A stretch of 64,000 nucleotides of DNA from Heterodontus francisci. Lineage: Eukaryota. The notes beneath the pieces were generated by a model. That model was given only the letters and a program-made list of their open reading frames with translations, searched no databases and was not told where the DNA came from. Positions 34,846 through 48,200 of this stretch are shown here, in pieces (the stretch's first letter is position 1; each line of letters opens with the position of its first letter). Made by a program: the position numbers and the translations under genes. The stretch covers positions 123,241,593 through 123,305,592 of the forward strand of contig NC_090378.1 in NCBI RefSeq assembly GCF_036365525.1, written 5' to 3'.

Positions 34846-36377
34846 TAAAAATGAATTCCATTCCTCCCTTGTCTGCACGGCCTCACAAACGCGAATCTGT
34901 TATTGTCCAGCCACCACATTCAAGCAGATCTAGTCAGCACCGCTGGAGAGATCAGAAACAGGAATCCCAGCCAGTTTTCCCCTCCCAAACCTATGGGTAC
35001 TGAGGTCAATTGGAGAGTCTCCATCACTATCTCTTTATAGACCAGGGGTTGAACTTGAGACCTTTCTGGACTGCATTGTTCAGCTGCTCATTGGAGGACC
35101 TCACTGAGCTGCTGGCTGGGGATCAGTCGTTGATTTTTATATGCGGTTACTGACATGTTCTGAAGTTTTTCCCAAAAGATAGACAGCCAGCAAGTATGAA
35201 GTCCAAATCCACCTCTCAAGAGAATGCATTGTAGAATCAGCTCTGTGGTCTCCACTTCTTATATTAGTGTAAAACTTTGCATCTTTCTCCTTTTAGCAAG
35301 TTATAATTTTCTGCATGTTATACTTCCACCCTTGGCTTTCATTTCTACACAATTTATTCTTGGCCATCTGCAATTGTGACAGATCATTCAGATGGATTTT
35401 ACATTCCTCAGCGTTCCCAATAACTGGAACTCTTTGTTCATTTGGAGTGATCTTGGATCAGATATTCATCTATTACAGGAGCTCAGTATTGTTCTCTTTT
35501 ACTTTAATACATCATTGGATCAATATACATTGTTCTTCCTCTATGAGCCATGACTTTCAATCCTGTAACTTTGAGATTTGACACTAAGGCCTGTATTTTC
35601 TTGATGTTGGATACTGGGGAGACAAGACTTCTGCTCGGCACTTTGACCTTGAATTAACCCCCAACCTGATTTCATGGTCAGAGCTCATTCGCTGTGCAAG
35701 TAAATCTCCTACAGTGATCCTTGCCACCAAGAGGGAGGCCTATGCTGCAAAGCCAGAAAATTCTGGAATTTCTCCAATGAGACTGTCACCACAGCACCTG
35801 AGGAAAAGGGGATTTTGAGAGAATGGGGGTATTTAAAGGGAACAGAAGAGCCCAGAAAGGGAGGAATGGAATTCATTTTTAGCCTCAGTCTAATCCTAAA
35901 GCCTTAAAAGATTAGTAATTGAGATCGACAGGAAGGGAGATGAGACCACTAATAACTCCTCTCCCTCCATCCAGCTGCATGGGCATTCTACTGCCACTCA
36001 CCAGTGCCTACTGCCAATTTCCAGGGCTACCACCACCCTCGAGGAACTACCACTACCTTCCAGAGCTTCCTATCACCTGCTGTTGACAGTACCAGGCACT
36101 GGCAGGGAAAACACCGGTAAGCAAGAAAATCCAGAGACTTGGTCCAGCAGTATTTGCATGTGGTCATTGGCAAATGAAATATGACAGATAAATGTGAGAT
36201 AATGCACTATGATAGGAAAAATAGAAATATCGTCTTTCCTTTGAAAATAAGAAAGTGAATGGGGCAGAAGAGAAAAGTGATCTGAGGATACAAGTGAACA
36301 AATGATTAAATGCAGCATCGTAGGTCAGTAAAGATATTAAAAATTCTAACAAAGCACTGGAATTTATATCTAGGAGT

Positions 36378-37230
36378 TGTCATGCCACGAAGGGAAGTGG
36401 TGAATTATTAAATGAACTGGAAGAATTATGAAATAAAACTCAACTGTTGAACCGAGCTACAAAAAATGGACACCTTCGTGCCGCAGACAAAATGGAGTAA
36501 AGGTCAAGTGACCCCTCCTGTATTGTCAATAAACATGTATGTCTATTGAAGATTAAACCCATTATCCACATCTGAATTAGCTTTGGGGAAAGCACATTGA
36601 AATAGAAAAAACAGCCCATTCCATGCTAACAACTCCTATCGACAGGAATGGAGCTAACAAAGACGTTTGCAGACAGATTGACTCCAAAGCCAAGGCCAAA
36701 ATTATAGGTACGAACACCTATTTATCAAAATGGACCATATTTAGACACCATCATGTAACAATTGGTTCCCATGTCCTGGAACATTGTATAAATCACCCCA
36801 GGGGACAGAGCCCTTAGTCACCTGACCGACACCCCAACCTGGTGAGTTTCTCCCTTAAAAGGTATTTCTCTGGAGAGAGAGAGATAGAGAACAGCCAATG
36901 AGCAGCCAAAGAAGGTCTTTTCCAGGCAGACCAGCTATGAGACAGTGCCAACTAAGCAGAAGCCTCAGTGATAACATCTTTTAACGACTGCAGCAGAAAA
37001 ATTGCAAGGGGAACCAGGATTTCCCACCACCAACTTCAGACTGAGGCTTAACCACAAGGAGCCTATGACACTTCATCCTTTTCAAGACAATGAACATTCA
37101 GACCTGTACGGATGAAAGATTTCCTCACAAAAAAACTTCTAAAGCTTTTTTTTAAAGACTGAACTCTTTACAATTGGAATCAATATTGCACACTACCCTC
37201 TACTCTCCATCTTTTCTTGTGTGCGTGTGT
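36378..37230 (+). mobile_element. Probable LTR fragment, interrupted by the retroviral element
   Basis: Begins TGTCATG; U3-like content with TATA-like ccttaaaagg and (GA)n. 3' end not identified. Confidence 0.4.
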
Positions 37231-39470
37231 TGTGGAGTATTCTTGAAAGCACTTCACACGAGACGGCTGTAGGTGAACTAAGGAAAATTTATTCAGAGAT
37301 ACAAGTATGCATACAGGGGAGTACATTTCTCAGTGAGATCCAAGAGGCAACTCAAAACTCCTTTGTTCAATTCACATACTTATACTTTAACTTCACATGA
37401 CATTCTCTGCGTCAACTATTTTCACATATTCACTTGGCCAGCTGCTTATTCCAACATACTTTGTTTCTACATATCAACTATTTTTTAATCATCTAACCGT
37501 TCCAAGGCCATCAGTTTGTGGTTTGATCGTTCAATTTCCTTCTTCGTTCTTGTTCCTTCCCCAGTCATGTCTCACTTTAATTATATCTTCACATGGCCCA
37601 TTGCTTCACACTTCTGAAAAACAGGTTGAGGTTACACATTATGTGCAATGTTGGCAGTTTTCAACATTCTTCTTGCTAATTATTCCATGATTCCCTACTT
37701 TAATCCCCACTTTTGACCCCTGGTCAGATACGATCTGGCCCAGGTGGCCCAGGTGGTCATTCCCTGAATCCTCCACCTGTCAAACAATCTGAGGATCTGG
37801 GACTCGACAAACTTCAAATCTCTTCCTGAGGTCCTCTTATGGCCTTACTGAGGTCTTAGTGATCTAGGCTGAGCCTGGGACTGATTCTACCTACATTACA
37901 TCATTATTACCTCTCTGAGGTTGCCCCCCCCTAAGTAGGTGCGTGACCCTGTGGGCATTGGATTGTATCTTTTGGTGGCCAGCATTACCATTAGCTCTGC
38001 TTGAGACATCATCAGTCTCTGGGAACAGCAGATACACAGGCTGATTAGCAACACTACAATGGATGCACCTGCTGCCACATATCTCTCTCTGTCCCACTAA
38101 TCATACTGCATTCTTGCTATTGTTTCACTGCCTTGTGCTGAATCCTCCAGCTTCCTGGCTTTCTCTGTTGCCTGGTGTATTTGTACTCTCCCACTGGTTA
38201 CTGCCTGGTAACTTTCCTTCGCATATTTATTGGCCATAATCAGGGCCTTACCTATCGCCTTCCTTCCAGGCTATCTCTCCTGCGCATCATCTATGCTTTG
38301 CGTTTTGTCCCACCGTGGGCTGAACATGTATCCAGTGAGAGCCCTACCAGCTATGTGGAAGTCTCCAACAGTAAATAAGTCAATTATATGCAAACAGAAA
38401 GTGTGATTGTTGCCACACTCTAAACTTCTGTTTTATCTGTCAGGAAAGACCATTGTGTGAGGAAGGTTTGGACTGCCTTGAAGGCCTTTTCCAGAGGATT
38501 CACTGACACTACAATGGCAGAACTATTACTGATGGGCTTTAAGCTGTTGCCTGAGCAGACAATGAAATGCTGTGATTCTGTACAACATTGCCGTGTTGTC
38601 ATCAGTCAGGTGGTATTCTTACTGGTCACCAAGTATTCCCGGGATCCCACCTGGTATACCCACCCAGTCTATTCTATTCCTAATGATTTGAATTTACATC
38701 CCCCTTGATAATTCTCATTGGTATGTTACTGGGGCAGGGTCATCAGAAACTTTATTATTTTCTCTCCTCCACCTGTAGTGGGTCATCAACGTTTTTAACA
38801 TCGTATCATTACCCGTACTGGTAATACAGGTCAAGTTAGACTTGTGTATGTGGCACTGACAAGAGGAGTTAATGCAGCCTGCAGGCTCATACAGCCAAGA
38901 GCCTACGTCGTCTCTACACGAGGACCACGGGTTTGGCAGGCAGAATGTAAGACCTGGTCTGGACAGTGATACCTGTGTTGTCACATCCCTCAAACTAATC
39001 GAGATGATGCGATGGCTGTCTCCGGTCATCCTGTCCAATATCCAGACATTGGGTCTCCTTACCCACTCTCCATGGCCTCCTTTGGGCAGCTGTATGTACT
39101 GGCCAGGATGCTAACAGGTGTTGTTTCTAATAACTATCAGAGGCTTTTCCCAGGCTGCCACAGTTCCCTGGAGGATGGTTGCGATGATTCCATCTCTCCA
39201 ATTCATCATTACACTGTTGGGAGAAATCACAGAGGACGCCGGTCATGACTGGTTAGTCCTTATTATCCTTTGCGCCTTTAAAAGGTTTAAGTTGGGACCA
39301 ATATTTTCAACTACCCTTTCCTCTTATATCCACACGTGCGCAAGTGTCCTTGTCATTAGGACCTCATAGGGCCCTTGCCATCGGGGTGCTAATCCTGTCT
39401 TTTCATTTAAAATCTTGACCATGACCTGATCTCCTACCCCTGGTATGTCTGAATACTATTGATTGTTCTG
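37231..39470 (-). mobile_element. Endogenous retrovirus remnant: integrase C-terminus, env-like ORF, PPT and 3' LTR
   Basis: PGVGDQVMVK...LAPRWQGPYEVL (integrase GPY module, ~39340-39445). Acceptor then env-like frame 39209-37896. PPT CAAAAGTGGGGAT at ~37715-37703. LTR 37702-37231 with AATAAA, ending ...CACA. Confidence 0.8.
37896..39209 (-). pseudogene. Decayed env-like type I membrane glycoprotein (~440 codons)
   Basis: Signal-like MMNWRDGIIATILQGTVAA, Cys-rich ectodomain with several N-X-S/T sites, membrane-proximal helical stretch, TM YVAAGASIVVLLISLCICC. Several stops and frameshifts. Confidence 0.7.
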
Positions 39471-41061
39471 ACCTTCCCCACCTACAGATCACGTCACTCA
39501 ATAATGCTCTCAACTATGAGCACATAAATACATATAATTCAAGCAATCAATCATTCATGGACTTAAGATTCTCCAGCTCTCCTTTTATCTGCATCCAACT
39601 TCTGGATAATTCTTATTAAATGCTAGACTTAGATCTTAATTGTCGCAATCCAGATTCTATATCCCTCTTTATATTAATTTCACTCCCTCTGACAGGTACA
39701 ATTCTATCTGATTAATTTAAAGTCAGTTTCTCTATGGAATACATGTCAATGCTTTGATGATTCAAAATGTTGTCTCACTCCACTGGCCACATTAACCATT
39801 TCATGTCATGCTGTTTGTCAAGTAGTTGCACATGTTTGAGAACCGTTCGTCAGTGCATTTCCACCATGCATTTTGCATGTTAATTACTTCACATGTAAAA
39901 AGTCACATCTGCACTCTTACACTGGTATCCCAATATCACGCCACACATTCTCAACTCTCAGGTGATCTTATCAAAAGATCAAAAAGTGGGGTGTCTGTCA
40001 CAAAACCTTTGCTTATCTCCCCCGTATGGTTCTGATACCTCGGGCAGTGGCTGGACATTTAAATGTGGTTTTCTTTAAAAAAAAACTCCAAAGCAAGGAT
40101 ACAAATATTTCCAAGAGAAAAGTGTCAATTACAATTCTTATCTACACATCTTAACTTCCACTGGAAAGTACTGGACTTCTCGGAAATTATACACTATACT
40201 AATTGAAGGGTTTGAATTTTAATTTTCTAATATTTGTTCCCCAAATTCCCTTATTAGCTCTTGCACCAGCCCGATTTAACTTCCAATATTATAATTAATC
40301 CCATTAATTAGAATTCGATTTCATTTTTTTGAGCCCTGGAAGAACTTTACAGTCCAATACAATATTCTAATATCTTTAAACCTGAGAACCAAACATTCCC
40401 ATTTGATCCCAGGCATTACAAGATTTTGTTTGTTCTTATTCTTAGATGGCATTTTAGTTTCTCAAAAGTAACTTGCAAAATTACGTTGGACTCTTTGCAT
40501 CTCAAAATTATCCCAAATTCAAATAACAGTGTTGTTGGAGTGACAAGTTTTATTCATGTTCTATTTATTTCTCCCCAAAAGAGCCTTATTCTCATGCACT
40601 TTGTCTTGGAAGATAACAAATGACAAAAATCTTAGAAAAGGTAAAGCCTTTCGTCCAAATCTGATGTCTGCAGATAAGTTCTTAAATTCTCGTGCTGTGG
40701 CATCAATTCTCATGTCGCCTGTTTAAAAAAAAAACACACAAAGAATCCATTGTGGCTCTGCCCCAGAGCCAAATGGGTTAACTTATCCAAATACATCTGC
40801 CGATTTAGAAACTTAAAATTTAATAATGTCCAATATATAAATTTTACACTCAGCAATGCAAAAGTTGTGTGGTGAATTAAATGAAAACGCAGATGGAGCA
40901 AAAATAATTCTCAGATTTGTCGCTTTATGTAACTTCTTTTTTCAAAATACTTTCCTGATTGAAAACAATCAAACTCCATTTTAAAATAGTTTTTTTTCCA
41001 ATTCTTTTTGGTATCCTTAGGAAGTGAAAACAGCAAAAATCATTCGTAACATCATCAACTT

Positions 41062-41366
41062 ATAGAGAGATACAGCATTGAAATAGGTCCTTCAGCCCAC
41101 CAAGTCTGTGCCGACCAACAACCACCCACTTATACTATTCCAACATTAATTCCCATATTCCCTACCACCAACCTACACTAGGGGCAATTTACAATGGCCA
41201 ATTGACCTATCAACCTGCAAGTCTTTTGGCTGTGGGAAGAAACCAGAGCACCCAGTGGAAACTCACATGGTCACAGAGAGAACTTGCAAACTCCACACAG
41301 GCAGTACCCAGAACTGAACCAAGGTCACTGGAGCTGTGAGACTGCAGTGTTAACCACTGCGCCACT
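41062..41366 (-). mobile_element. HE1-like V-SINE
   Basis: Same family as 34530-34845. Confidence 0.85.
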
Positions 41367-41929
41367 CAAACTCCAAATAAAAATGTCTCTGGCAAGGAAG
41401 TCAGCGTTTTGGATTAACTTCCAATTGTTTCCAAACTTTCTAACATCGTCTTGTAAGAGGTTTCTAACCCAATGATTTTTTGATAACAACCAGGCTGATT
41501 CCAAATTCCAGTTCACAGCAATAAACATATAAAATTCAAACTGTCAATGTTACATGAGTGAGCCTTGTATCTGGAATTAAAGAGTCTCTCAAACCTTGAT
41601 AATTTCATTGTGGTAACAAATGAAATTCCAGTTTTCCCAACTTAACAGGTTCGTTAACTTTAATGCTCCCAATTTAATTCAAATTATGGTACAGTACATG
41701 GCTCTACTTGATTGTATCATACTGTATTTGATTTGATAATATTGAAACTGTGTCACTGTGCATGCCTGTGTAATACTGGTACTATATTGCAGTACTGTAT
41801 CTGACTGTAATACTCGTACTCAACTGTATTGCTGTACTTGACTAATATATTAATAACATGCTTTCTTACAGTAAATGGCTGTGCGATATATGTACTTTTT
41901 TTTATTACTGTACCTGAATGTAATAGTGG

Positions 41930-42850
41930 TGCTTTACTGTACAGAGCAGGACAAGCTGCTGGAAGAGGGAGGAGGAGGAGGGGGAGAAGGGCTCTCAGCA
42001 GGAGGCCATGTCCACCCAGGTTGTTCAAGGAGCAATTTTCCCACCTGAACCTCAGCGAAGAACTGTGGGAAACTTGTTTTCACTTCACCAAGGAGGTCCT
42101 CACTGAAATCTGCCACAAGCTACAGCCACAACTGCAGTTCAGAGCAGGGTGAGGATGACATTGCCAGTGACTGTGAAGTCACTGTGATCGTAACCATGAA
42201 CTTTATGTGTTGGGCTCCTTCCAGGCAGCAGCAGGCAATATTTGTAACTTCTCTCAGTGTGCCAACTACTCTTGCATAAGGGAGGCCACTGAGCCTCTGT
42301 ATTGCAAGAATGCTGAATGCATTTCATTCTGTCTTGCCAGAGAGAAATAGGTGGAGCAAACATGTGGCTTCACGAGGACTGCAACTTCCCCACGGTGCAG
42401 GGTGCCACTGATTCCACACAAGTCGCGTTGCTGGCACTGCATGTTAACTCTGAGATATACCACAACTGAAAGTGATCTCACTTCCTCAATATCCAGTTGG
42501 TGTGTGACCAGATGCATGCAGGTCAATGCCCGGTATCCTGACAGCAGTCATGATGCCTTCATTCTGCAGCAGTTGGCTGTGCCATTTGTATTTCAGCCAC
42601 CACCACAAACCAGAGGGCGGCTCCTGGGCAACAAGGGCTATCTGCTGACAATATGATTCAGACTCTGGTGCACATGTTGCAGCATGCATACAATGAAAGC
42701 CACGCTGCCACACAAAATGTGAATATACAGACCATTGGGATGTTGAAACAGCGCTTCTACTGCCTGAACCATTCTGAAGGAGGCCTGCAGTACTCGGTAG
42801 AGCACGGGTCAAGGTTCATGGATGTCTGTTGCGGCCTGCAATGTTAGCAG
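41930..42850 (+). mobile_element. PIF/Harbinger DDE transposase, decayed
   Basis: RRP.PPR.F.E.FS.LNLSEE...F.FTKE...EICH.LQPQL, LPV.VK.T, ARYP.SSHDAFIL, LLG(N)KGY, YNESHAAT.NV...IG.LKQRF.CL. Confidence 0.88.
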
Positions 42851-44179
42851 TGGCCATTACTCCCAGTGGTGCTGCCTATACTGTTGGACTGCCGGACCTG
42901 TGACTGGCCAGCAGCTCTTGGAAGCAAGATCCCCAGTCGAGAGCCATAAAATCCAGCTCTTTCAGTGGAGAAGAATGTAGATGGCCTTGCAGGCCAACCT
43001 CAAGCAGCTCCAGGCCTAGTGACTGAGCTTCCACCACCTTCTGGGGCAAAGAATTCCAAAGATTCACCACCCTCTGAGTGCAGAAGTTCCTCCTCATCTC
43101 AGTCCTAAATTGCTTGCCCTTTATTCTGAGATTGTGACCCCTGGTTCTAGACCCCACAGCCAGGGGGAACATTCTTTCTGCATCTATCCTGACTATCCCT
43201 TTAAGAAATTTGTAAGTTTCTATGAGATCGCCTCTCATTATTCTAAACTCCAGAGAATACAGGCCCAGTCTCCTCCATCTCTCCACATAGGACATTCCCA
43301 CCTTCCCAGGACTCAGTCTGGTGAACCTCCGCTGCACTCCCTCTCTGGCAAGTATATCCTTCCTCAGGCAAGGGAACCAGAACTGCACACAATATTCCTG
43401 GTGCAACCTGAACAATGCTCAATACAACCGAACCAAGACTTCTTTACTCCTGTACTCAAGTCCTCTTGTGATGAAGGCTAACATACCGTTTGCCTTCCCA
43501 ATTGCTTGCTGCACCTGCATGCTAGCTTTCAATGACTTATGAACAGGGACATCTAGGTCCCTTTGGACATTAACATTTTCCAATCGCTCATCATTTAAGA
43601 AATACTCTGCACCTCCGTTCCTCCTACCAAAGTGGATATCCTCACACTTATCCACATTATATTCTATCTGCTATGATCCTACCCACTCACTCAGCCTGTC
43701 CAAATCCCCTGAAGCCTCTTTGTATCCTCCTCACAACTCACATTCCCACCAAGTTTTGTCATCCGCAGACTTGGAAATATTACAATTGTTCTCCATATCC
43801 AAATCATTGATGTAGATTGTGAGCAGCTGGGGCCAAAGCATTGATCCCGCCGGTACCCCACTAGTGACAGCCTGCCAACTGGAGAATGACCCATTTATTC
43901 CTACTCTCTATTTTCTGCCTGTTACCAATCCCCAATCCATGCTAGTATATTACCCCCAATCCCATGCACTTTAATTTTTCTTACTAACCTATGTGGGACT
44001 TTATCAAAAACTTTCTGAAAGTCCAAATACACCACATCCACTGGTTCTCCCTTATCCACTCTGCTAGTAAAACATGATTTTCCCTTCGTAACTCCATGTT
44101 GACTCAGCCCATTATTTTCTAAGTGCCCAGTAAACACATCCTTTAAAACAGATTCTGGTATTTTCCCTACTACCCACGT

Positions 44180-44718
44180 CAGGCGGTGGCTCATTAACAT
44201 GGAGGGGGTTGAACGCCCACCCCGAGGGGCGCATGCTCCGTCCTCGCCAACAGTGTCTGGAGCCACCACATAGGTGCCGGTGCCATTTTTAAAGGGCCTT
44301 CCATTGTATTAAAATTTTTAAAGGCACAGGTTTGTGAAACAATTTGAAAAAATGGAGTCACACTTCCAAACCCCTCTCCTCCCCGACTCAATGAATAATC
44401 ACAGCATTATTTTTCATGCCCCCCAAAAAATGCAAATCCTCCATCCCCACCGGCTGGAACATTAGCGTAGGATGGCTGTCACTGTAAGGTAAATCATTAT
44501 TCTATAAGTATAATTTATATACATAAGTTAATGATATTTTTTCTGCCGAGCGGCAGGGGTGCAGGGAGGGACACCACCGAGGCCTCGTCGCTGCTGGTAA
44601 AAGGGGGCGGAGCCTTCCTGGCCTCGAGGCCCATGGCAGGCCTCTCCTGGAAGCATTTTCCGGGACCTCCTGTCACAACCCCCAAGGTCGGGGGGTGGGG
44701 GTCAGTAAAATTCAGCCC
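44180..44718. mobile_element. Non-autonomous DNA transposon (Harbinger-like end) inserted in CR1
   Basis: GC-rich insert interrupting the CR1 NYRPVSLT region, ending AAAATTCAGCCC. Confidence 0.6.
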
Positions 44719-45003
44719 AAGTTTGTAGTTCCCTGTTTTTCTCTCCTTTCTGAAACAGTGGGGTTATATTTGTAATCTGCAGGCACCGTTGCAGAATTTA
44801 TGGAATTTTGAAAGATGATCAGCAATGCACCCACTATCTCTGTAGCCATCTTTTTCAACACTCTGGGGTGAAGTTCATTGAGTCCCAGGGATTTGTCAAC
44901 TTTCAATCCCATTAATTTCTCCAATACTACTTTTTTACTAATCCTAATTTCTTATTGTTCCTCATTCTCACTAGCCCCTTGGATCTCAATTATTTCAAGG
45001 AAT

Positions 45004-45343
45004 GTGTGGCGCAGTGGCTAGCACCGCAACCTCACAGCTCCAGCGACCTGGGTTCAATTTTGGGTACTGCCTGTGTGGAGTTTGCAAGTTCTCCCTGTGT
45101 CTGTGTGGGTTTTTGCCAGGTGTTCCAGTTTCCTCCCACACCCAAAGACTTGCAGGTTGAAAGGTAAATTGGCCATTATAAATTGCCCCGAGTATAGGTA
45201 GGTGGTAGGGGAATATAGGGACAGGTGGGAATGTGGTGGAAATATGGAACTAGGATAGGATTGGTAGAAATGGGTGGTTGATGGTCAGCACAGACTCAGT
45301 GGGCCGAAGGGCCTGTTTGAGTGCTGTATCTCTAAATAAATAA
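45004..45343 (+). mobile_element. HE1-like V-SINE inserted in CR1
   Basis: gtggcgcagtggctagcacc...gggttcaatt...gggccgaagggcctgttt..tgtatctc(taaa)3. Confidence 0.87.
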
Positions 45344-47920
45344 GACAGACTCAAGTAATTATTTAGCTTCTCTGCCATTTATCTATTTCCCATTATAAAT
45401 TCTCCTGTCTCTGCCTGTCATGGACCCACATTTGTCTTTGCTATTTTTTTCCTTTTTACATACCCATAGGAACTTTTACAATCTGTATATATTTTTCTTG
45501 CTAGTTTACATTCATATTCTATTCTCTCTTCTTTATCAATTTCTTGGTCCTCCTTTTCTGGATTCTAGAATTCTCCCAATGCTCTGGCTTATGACTTTTT
45601 GGCAACTTTATAAGCCTCTCTCTTTGATCTAATATTATCTTTAACTTCCTTTATTAGCCAAGACTGACTCGCTTTCCCTATTGGGTTTTTTTGCCCGAAA
45701 TGAATATTTTTTGAAAACCATGCATTAATCCTTTAAATACTAGCCATTGCCTGTCTACCGACAAACCTTTTAATGTATTTTACCAATCCACCATGGCCAG
45801 CTTGCCCCTCATACCTTCATAATTGCCCTTGTTTAAATTTAACACACTAATTTCAGATTGAACTACATTTTTTCAAACTTCATGGAAAATCTATCATACT
45901 ATGGTCACTTTTCCCTAAAGGTTCTTTTACCTCCAGATTATTAATTAGCTCTTTCTCAATGCATAATACTAAATCCAAAATAGCCTGTTCCCTAGTTGGT
46001 TCCTCAACATATTGCTCCAAAAAACCATCTCGGACACATTCCAAGAATTCTTCTTCCATAGCATTGGTGCTCACTAGATTTACCCAGTCTATATGCAGAT
46101 TTAATTCACCCATGATTATTGTATTGTCCCTGCTACATACACTTCTAATTTCCTGATTTATACCACACCCTACATTTACACTACTGTTTGGTGGCCTGTA
46201 AACCACTACCAACAATTGTTCCCCTTTTCTGTTTCTTAGCTCCATCCAAACAGGTTCTGCATCCTGTCCTTCCAATCAAGGATGCTCTCTCACTAATGCA
46301 CTAATCCCATCCCTTATTATCAGCACTTCACACTGCCTTTTCCTTTTTGCCCGTCATTCCTAAATGTTGAATATCCTTTAATATTCAGTTCCCAGTCTTG
46401 GTCACCCTGCAGCCACGTCTCTGCAATGGCAAATCAATCATACCTGTTTACTCTACTTGTGCCATCAACTCACCTTGTTGCGAATGCTACTTGCAGTCAG
46501 CTAGAGTGCCTTTAATTCTGCCTTTTGAACACTATTCTGTATTTTGACCCTGGTTGGTTCTAGCATTTGTTTCTGCTGCTTTCCACTTTCATTCACAGCT
46601 TTTCTACTTCCCATAACCAGCTTTGCTTTTCTCCTATCTGCATTTCCTCGCAGATTCCCAACCCCCTGATAAATTAGTTTAAACCCTCCGCAACAGCACT
46701 AGCAAATTTCCCCACCAGGATATTAGTCCCAGTCCTGTTAGGGTATAACCCGTCCATCTTGCAGAGGTGCCAACTACCCTGAACCGGTCCCAACTGCCCA
46801 GGAATCTAAAGCCCTCCTTCCTACACCATTTTTCTAGTCACGTGTTCATTCGCTCTATCTTCCTATTTCTAAACTCACTACCACATGGTACTGGGAGTAA
46901 TCCTGAGATTATGGCCTTAGATGTCCTGCTTTTTAATCTCCTTCCTACCTCCCTAAATTCTGCTTTCAAGACTTCATCCCTCTTTCTACTTATGTATCTC
47001 GTGTCAATGTGGACCACAATTTCTGGCTGTTCACCTTCCTCCAAAAGAATGTCCTGCAGCCATTCCATGATATCCTTGACCCTGGCACCAGGGAGGCAAC
47101 TTACCATCCTGGAGTCATGGTCTACAGCCACAAAACTGCCTGTCTGTTCCCCAAACTATCGAATTGCCTACCACTATTGCCCTACCACTGTTCTTTGCCC
47201 CTACATGTGCAGCTGAGACACTTGTGGTGCCACAACCTTGGCTCTTGTTATATTCCTCTGACGAACCATTGCCCTCACCAGTATCCAAAATGGAAAACTG
47301 GTTAGTGAGTGAGATAGACTCAGAGGACTCCTGCACTACATGCCTGCCCAATGGTCATCCATTCACTCGCTGCCTGCACGCTCTTAATCTGCAGTGTGAC
47401 CACTTGTTAAACATACTATCCACATAGTTTACAGCTTCATGGATGCACCACAGCGACTCCAACCTCCGTTCGAGTTCCAAAACACAGGAGCTTGTTTTTA
47501 CAGCTGGAGACACTTTCTGCATGTGATCGTCTGGGCCACGTGACGTGTCCACGACTCCCCACACGTCACAGAATGGCCATTCCATGCAGCCGAGCTGTCC
47601 TTCCACGCCTTAAGCTTACTTTCAGATTATTTACTTTAAACTGGAGACCAGAGAGTAGAAAGTAAAATTACTCAGCAATCAGCTCCTTCTGTGTGTACAA
47701 GGTAGGTTCTTCAGAGTTCAAGAAAAAAAAACTTTGACCTTTCTTCTACGTTTTTTCTATAATCCAATTATTAACCCACCTAAAGTTTTGAATGCGTCAA
47801 GCTCTTTACAATCAGACACTTACACTACATACTCACCAACCAATCAGCTTATGACTTTGCTGTGATATCACAGATTTTTTTCCAAATCAGTGCCTCTGAT
47901 TCCAAGGAGCTCCTGATGTG

Positions 47921-48200
47921 TCTCTGACTCCCAGGTAAGTGTCAGCCTCGATCCTCGCTCCCGATTTATAGTCTCCTATTCCGGGCTGTTTCCTCACAGA
48001 TCCAATGTCTCTCTGATTCCCAGGTAAGTGTCAGCCTCGATCCTCGGTCCTGATTTATAGTCTCCTATTCCGGGCTGTTTCCTCACAGATCCAATGTCTC
48101 TCTGACTCCCAGGTAAGTGTGGGCCTCGAGCCTCAGTCCCGATTTATAGTCTCTCACCCTGGGCTGTTTCCTCGCAGATCCAATGCCTCTCTAACTCCCA
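47921..48200 (-). repeat. 89-bp tandem monomers at the CR1 5' end (~3.2 copies)
   Basis: CAGGTAAGT recurs at 47932, 48021 and 48110. Confidence 0.9.

Larger units (their letters stand above)
43020..48200 (-). mobile_element. Near full-length CR1 LINE (5' monomers, ORF1 with SGNH esterase, EN, RT), decayed, nested in the Harbinger
   Basis: ORF1 47606-46780 (ELERRLESL..I.E, VVG(N)SIV, CLPGARVKDI, IVVHI, IISGLLPVP). EN 46275-45880 (VVYRPPNS, PTREQAILDLVL, LGKSDH). RT and 3' domain 44930-43020. Confidence 0.9.

Noticed and set aside
41930-42850. Domesticated HARBI1/NAIF1 genes
   Set aside because: Frameshifts, a mutated catalytic motif (GNKGY) and paired decayed Myb gene indicate a dead transposon.
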